Shown here: positions 59,544 to 64,000 of the stretch, piece after piece
How positions within the stretch are numbered: the first letter of the stretch is position 1
Layout of the letters: each line of letters opens with the position of its first letter
Assembly: GCA_029976075.1 (NCBI GenBank)
Contig: JARKNW010000087.1
Coordinates: forward strand, 68,511 to 132,510
Direction of reading: 5' to 3'
DNA from: Pleomorphomonas sp.
GTDB taxonomy: Bacteria; Pseudomonadota; Alphaproteobacteria; Rhizobiales; Pleomorphomonadaceae
Length of the DNA stretch: 64,000 bases
Made by a program: the position numbers and the translations under genes
Notes under the pieces: model-generated
The model's input: the letters and a program-made list of their open reading frames with translations, nothing else
Database searches by the model: none
Told to the model about the DNA's origin: nothing

Positions 59544-60296
59544 TCAGCGGCGCATGTCGCGTGCCCATCGCCCCGGCGAGGTGCCCATCAGCTTGCGGAA
59601 GGCGCGGTTGAGGTGGCTCTGGTCGGCAAAGCCGGCGCTGGCTGCTGCCTCGGCGATGGCGACACCGGCCAGGATCAGCCGCCGCGCGAGGCGTAGGCGC
59701 GCTTCAAGCCGATGTTCGGCCGGCGTCAGGCCATAGGCGCGGCGATAGAGCCGATGCAGATGAAAGGGCGACAGGCCGGCCTCCCGGCTGAGGGCCTTGA
59801 GATCGAGTGACTCGGCTAGTCGTTCGCCCGCCATTCGCCGGGCGACGCGCAGCGGCCGTGGCGACGGCGCTGCCGGCGCCGCACGTGGGGCAAGGCGGTC
59901 GGTTTCCGCGAGAAGGGCGCGGCAGAGGGCGGCGGTGTTCGCCTGTCCGGTTTCCGCCGCTCTGTAGAGGGCCGCGAAGGCGGCGTTCCAGGTGTCGTCA
60001 CGGAAGACGACGGCCTGCCAAGGTGGAAAGGAACCAGCCTCGATCGCCACCACCCGATGGGCGCCGCTGGCGCTGGCGGCGAAGGCATGGGCTGTTCCCG
60101 GCGGGATGACGAAGCCATCGCCGGCTTCGAGTTGCCGCAGGCCATCTGGGAGAACGATCTGGCGCGCGCCGGCATCGATGAGGCCGAGGATCAGCGACAG
60201 ATGTGTGTGGAGCGGCGTTGCGGCGACGGCGCCTTCCACCCGCACCGTGCTGATCGCCCCGGTGCCATCGCGTCCGTGATGAACTTCGCACGCCAC
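59544..60296 (-). CDS. AraC-family regulator
   Basis: PLHTH cupin; GLSPFHLHR..RRAYGLTP...GFADQSHLNRAFRKLMGTSPG. Confidence 0.88.
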   Translation of the reverse strand: MACEVHHGRDGTGAISTVRVEGAVAATPLHTHLSLILGLIDAGARQIVLPDGLRQLEAGDGFVIPPGTAHAFAASASGAHRVVAIEAGSFPPWQAVVFRDDTWNAAFAALYRAAETGQANTAALCRALLAETDRLAPRAAPAAPSPRPLRVARRMAGERLAESLDLKALSREAGLSPFHLHRLYRRAYGLTPAEHRLEARLRLARRLILAGVAIAEAAASAGFADQSHLNRAFRKLMGTSPGRWARDMRR

Positions 60297-60316
60297 GGGT
60301 TCCCCCGCCGATGCCG

Positions 60317-60691
60317 TCAGTTGATGGCCGGCGCGAACAGCGCCATCAGCGTCATACCAGCCTCGCCGGCCCGGATCGAGTGTTCGGTGGCGCGGGGGAT
60401 GATCATCAGCGCGCCCTCGGTATAGTCGACCGCCCGTCCGGCGAGATCGGCGACGCCCTGGCCGGCGACGACGAAGTGCTGCTCGACCTGTCCGTCATGG
60501 CGGTGTGGCAGCATGGCGCCGCCCGGGGCGATGCGCACCATCAGCGTCGAGAAGGCGCCGCCGGTGGCGGCCCCCAGGATGAGCGGCTTCAGCTCGACGC
60601 CGGGAAACGAGGGATGGGCCGTCCAGCCCTCGCCGGCAACGCCGGGATCGGCGCGGTTTCCCTCGGCCATTTTCTCGATGAGCGTCTGCAT
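60317..60691 (-). CDS. cupin-domain protein
   Basis: RIAPGG.MLPHRHDGQVEQHFV...IPRATEHS. Confidence 0.85.
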   Translation of the reverse strand: MQTLIEKMAEGNRADPGVAGEGWTAHPSFPGVELKPLILGAATGGAFSTLMVRIAPGGAMLPHRHDGQVEQHFVVAGQGVADLAGRAVDYTEGALMIIPRATEHSIRAGEAGMTLMALFAPAIN

Positions 60692-60862
60692 GATCTTGCC
60701 TTTCGTCTCTGTTTGCGGATGGCAGGATCGCATCGATGCAGGGGCGCGGCTTGGACGATATTGCGGTTTTCTCGGGGGAACCGGATGGTGCGCCAGCCAT
60801 TGTCCTCTGCAAGCGCCGATAGCCGGCGTCACAGGAGGCGCGGGCTGCCGCGTTCGACGAAC

Positions 60863-60997
60863 ATGGATCTCCGAAAGCTTGAGACCGCCCGCCGCATCGG
60901 TGCACGCCACGGCATGAAATGGGCGCTGATCTGGGTGGCCGTCGCCCTCATCGCCGCGCCGGCCATCGGCAGGTATATCGAGAAGCAGGGGAAGTAG
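60863..60997 (+). CDS. possible small membrane protein
   Basis: 44 aa with one TM segment; host-like codons. Confidence 0.35.
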   Translation: MDLRKLETARRIGARHGMKWALIWVAVALIAAPAIGRYIEKQGK

Positions 60998-61043
60998 GGG
61001 CTGTTTGCGCTGGGCTTGATAGTGCGTGCATACGGCGGTTCTG

Positions 61044-61285
61044 ATGGCCCGGTTCGACGTCTATTCCAACCTTGATGGCAAAGGCTTCCTGCTCGATGGC
61101 CCTCGATACCCGCGTCGTCTGCCGCTGATGCAGGCATCGAGGGCGAGCTACAGGTCATGGTCGCCCGGTCCAAGGCGGTGGCGCCGGCAGCTATCCTGTG
61201 AAGGTGTTGGTTGTCAGTCTTGCCGGGCGCGACGTTGAGATCGGGAATGCGTCCAACATGCTGTCTCCATGCAGCCGCCCTCAAG
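61044..61285 (+). pseudogene. ccdB: CcdB-family toxin remnant
   Basis: MARFDVYSN...FLLD / LDTRVV / LPLM / IEGELQVMV / SLAGRDVEIGNA.NML in shifting frames with a stop. Confidence 0.65.
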
Positions 61286-61560
61286 GGCTGCAAGCCCTAC
61301 GCGTGGAGCTATCGCGACATGGCCTTTTACGAACTGCCGGCCAGCGCGGCGGTCAATGTGTTACCGCGACAGTGGCTGGATCGCTGCTCCATTCGCCGTA
61401 GCGACTGAATGCATTCACTCCCCGTCCCGCCGCAACGAAACGCAGCGCGCGGTCTTCTTGGTGGAACCGTTAGGGGGCTTTCCGAATTTGCTCTGGTAGG
61501 CGGGCCGTCATCGGGTGGGACTTCTCCTGCCCCGCCGCCCTTCAGTTACGGAGACCGTCC

Positions 61561-61719
61561 ATGACGCTCGGAACAATCCTGGTCATCGTCCTTATCCTGA
61601 TCCTGCTCGGTGCCTTGCCGACCTGGCCCTACAGTTCGCGGTGGGGCTATGGCCCGAGTGGCGGCCTCGGTCTGATCCTGCTGATCATCGTGGTGCTGAT
61701 GCTGATGGGGCGTATATAG
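61561..61719 (+). CDS. DUF3309 family small membrane protein (missed by ORF track)
   Basis: MTLGTILVIVLILILLGALPTWPYSSRWGYGPSGGLGLILLIIVVLMLMGRI; GGAG RBS. Confidence 0.9.
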   Translation: MTLGTILVIVLILILLGALPTWPYSSRWGYGPSGGLGLILLIIVVLMLMGRI

Positions 61720-61743
61720 CGGCGCCCGCATAGATCTTGCGAC

Positions 61744-61776
61744 GGCCGAGGCCAGCCAGCCTCGGCCTTTTGTTTT
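61744..61776 (+). terminator. intrinsic terminator
   Basis: GGCCGAGGC-CAGCCA-GCCTCGGCC-TTTTGTTTT. Confidence 0.8.
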
Positions 61777-61844
61777 GGGCGATCCCTCCGCCACCGCGCA
61801 AACCACCCGCTGCCTAGAGTGCGGCACGGTTTACGGGGTGGTTC

Positions 61845-62429
61845 ATGGCATCGACGATTTCCATCTGCAATCTGGCTCTTGGCCACCTCGGGGCCGACAG
61901 GATCGACGCGCTGACCGAGGCGAGCAGCGAGGCGCGGGCGTGCAATCGCTTCTATGGGCAGACGCTCGATGCGCTGCTCGCGGCCGGTCCCCCCTGGCGG
62001 TTTGCCCGCCACGAGGTGGTGTTGGCCGAAGTGGCGGGGGTGACCGCCAGTCGCTGGGCGCATGTGCATGCGCTGCCGGCGGATCTTCTCAGGGTGCGCG
62101 AGGTGCGGGCGGTGGACGACGCGGCTGCCGGCGAAGGCGTCATCGCCTACGAGTTGCTCGGCGACCGGTTGCTCTCCGATCTGACGCCGGTGAGCCTTCG
62201 CTATATCCGCCGGATCGACGACCCCGCGAAGTTCACGCCGCTGTTCGTCGAGGCGCTGTCCTGGCATCTGGCGGCGCGGCTTGCCATGCCGCTGACGCGC
62301 GACGCCAACCAGCGGCAATCGGCCTTCCAGATGGCGCTGCAGGCCCAGGCGGCGGCGAGCGCCGCCGAGGGCAACGACGAGCCGGGCGCGACGCGCCTCG
62401 TCACCGATTACGAGGCGGCACGGCTATGA
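61845..62429 (+). CDS. podovirus-type tail adaptor (tail tubular protein A-like)
   Basis: SICNLALGHLGA..I..LTEAS.EARAC..FY...PWRFAR...LPAD.LR...F.EALSW.LAARLA.PLT. Confidence 0.8.
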   Translation: MASTISICNLALGHLGADRIDALTEASSEARACNRFYGQTLDALLAAGPPWRFARHEVVLAEVAGVTASRWAHVHALPADLLRVREVRAVDDAAAGEGVIAYELLGDRLLSDLTPVSLRYIRRIDDPAKFTPLFVEALSWHLAARLAMPLTRDANQRQSAFQMALQAQAAASAAEGNDEPGATRLVTDYEAARL

Positions 62430-64000
62430 CGCTCCGGGCCTTTCAGCCGGCCTTTGCCGGCGGCGAACTCTCCCCGGCGTTGTGGGCGCGGGTGGATACC
62501 AAGAACTATGCCCTCGGCCTGAAGACGGCGCTGAACCTGACCGTCCAGGCCCATGGCGGGGCGAACAACCGCGCCGGTCTCGAATTCGTCGGCGCCGTGA
62601 AGGACAGCGGTGATCGGACGCGGTTGATCCCCTTTCAGTTCAACGAAACGCAGGCCTATGTGCTGGAGTTCGGCAACGGCTATCTGCGCTTCTGGCGCAA
62701 TGGCGGACTGATCCTCGGCACGGGCGGGGCGGTCTACGAGGTCGTTTCGCCCTATGCGTCCGCCGACCTCGACGAACTGGTGTTCGCCCAGGAAGCGGAC
62801 GTGATGTACATCGTCCACCCCAGGTATCCGGTGAAGAAGCTGGCCCGCTATGCCGACAACAACTGGGCGCTGACCGAACCGAGCTTCACGCCGGCCATGC
62901 CGGCGCCCTCGGGCGTGACGGCGACCGTGCAAGGCAGCACGGCCGGCAAGACTGGCTACATCGCCCATACCTACCGCTACAAGGTGGCGGCCGTCAGCGC
63001 GGCGACCGGCGAGGAAAGCCTGCCGTCGGCCGAGGCGTCCTGCGTCAATGATCTCTCGATCGACGGCGGCATCAACCGCGTGAGCTGGGCGGCCGTCGCG
63101 GGCGCCAGCAAATACGTGGTCTACAAGTTCGCCAATGGCTCGTTCGGCTATATCGGCTCGACCACCGAGCTGCTGATCGATGACGAGAACATCACCGCCG
63201 ACACGGCCGACGGGCCGCAGATCGGCCGCAACCCGTTCTCGGGCGCCGGCAACTATCCGCGCGCCGTCACCTTCATCCAGCAGCGGCTGGCCTTGGCCTC
63301 GACCGACAGCGAGCCGCAGGCGGTCTATCTCAGCCAGACCGCCAACTACGAGAACTTTGGCTACGCCTCGCCGGCCAAGGATAGTGACGCCATCACCTTC
63401 CGCATGCGGGCGCGGCAGGTGAACATCGTGCGTTCCATGCTGGCGGCCCGCTATGGCCTGCTCTTGATGACATCGTCGGCCGAATGGGTGGTGACGGGCG
63501 GGCAGACATCGGACGCCATCACGCCGAGCGCCATCGTCATTGCCAACCAGGGCTATCGCGGCGCGGCGCCGGTGCAGCCGATCAACGTCGGCGAGATCGT
63601 GCTGTTCGCCCAGCGGTCGGGCGGGGTGGTCCGCGACTTTTCCTACAGCTATGGCGACGACGCGTGGGTGGGCAAGGATCTCACCATCATGAGCCGCCAC
63701 CTGTTCGAGAACCGCTCGATCAAGGCCTGGGCCTATGCGCAGGCGCCGAGTTCCATCGTCTGGGTGGTGCTCGACGACGGCTCGCTGGTGTCGCTCACCT
63801 ACATGAAGGAACACGAGGTGTGGGCCTGGACGCGGCACGAGAGCGGCGCGGACGCCGTGTTCGAGGACGTGACCTCGATCGCCGAGAACGGCGAGGACGT
63901 TCCATATTTCGTGGTGAAGCGGACTATCGACGGGGTGGCCAAGCGCTACATCGAGCGGCTGCACAGCCGCGCCTTCGACCATGTGGAGGATGCCTTCTTC
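62426..64000 (+). CDS. podovirus-type tail nozzle (tail tubular protein B-like), 3' truncated; absent from ORF track
   Basis: ATGA overlap; MTLRAFQPAFAGGELSP...RLIPFQF...YVLEFG, AQEADVMYIVHP, YPRAVTFIQQRL, AITPS, DLTIMSRHLF, LTYMKEHEVWAWTRH; frame reads to window end. Confidence 0.85.
   Translation, partial: MTLRAFQPAFAGGELSPALWARVDTKNYALGLKTALNLTVQAHGGANNRAGLEFVGAVKDSGDRTRLIPFQFNETQAYVLEFGNGYLRFWRNGGLILGTGGAVYEVVSPYASADLDELVFAQEADVMYIVHPRYPVKKLARYADNNWALTEPSFTPAMPAPSGVTATVQGSTAGKTGYIAHTYRYKVAAVSAATGEESLPSAEASCVNDLSIDGGINRVSWAAVAGASKYVVYKFANGSFGYIGSTTELLIDDENITADTADGPQIGRNPFSGAGNYPRAVTFIQQRLALASTDSEPQAVYLSQTANYENFGYASPAKDSDAITFRMRARQVNIVRSMLAARYGLLLMTSSAEWVVTGGQTSDAITPSAIVIANQGYRGAAPVQPINVGEIVLFAQRSGGVVRDFSYSYGDDAWVGKDLTIMSRHLFENRSIKAWAYAQAPSSIVWVVLDDGSLVSLTYMKEHEVWAWTRHESGADAVFEDVTSIAENGEDVPYFVVKRTIDGVAKRYIERLHSRAFDHVEDAFF

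Noticed and set aside
61463-61488. EcfG promoter for the DUF3309 gene
   Set aside because: GGAAC present but the -10 reads GAATT rather than CGTT; too weak to call

Overview
GC-rich (roughly 65-70%) alphaproteobacterial (Hyphomicrobiales-like) accessory chromosomal region. It is a mosaic of small regulator+enzyme/transporter modules (AraC, LysR, TetR, RND and MFS efflux, ferritin, aldehyde dehydrogenase, GGDEF/EAL, phospholipase D, two intact type II TA pairs). Short low-GC cargo genes and at least three families of palindromic REP/MITE-like repeats, some nested in each other, are interspersed. No rRNA, tRNA, CRISPR, integrase or transposase was recognised. Most notable: (i) two independent cases where a lone foreign gene sits between an intact regulator gene and a decaying duplicate of that gene's 3' end, with no recombinase nearby; (ii) a podovirus-type tail adaptor + nozzle gene pair starting right after a host terminator with no head/packaging genes upstream, running off the window end; (iii) a sigma54-type ATC-hydrolase / cysteine-desulfidase / YkvI operon of anaerobe type; (iv) a LexA-box-preceded zinc-ribbon orphan; (v) a lone low-GC ComEC-like MBL hydrolase. 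All calls come from reading motifs by eye; no database searches were run, and start codons are best estimates.
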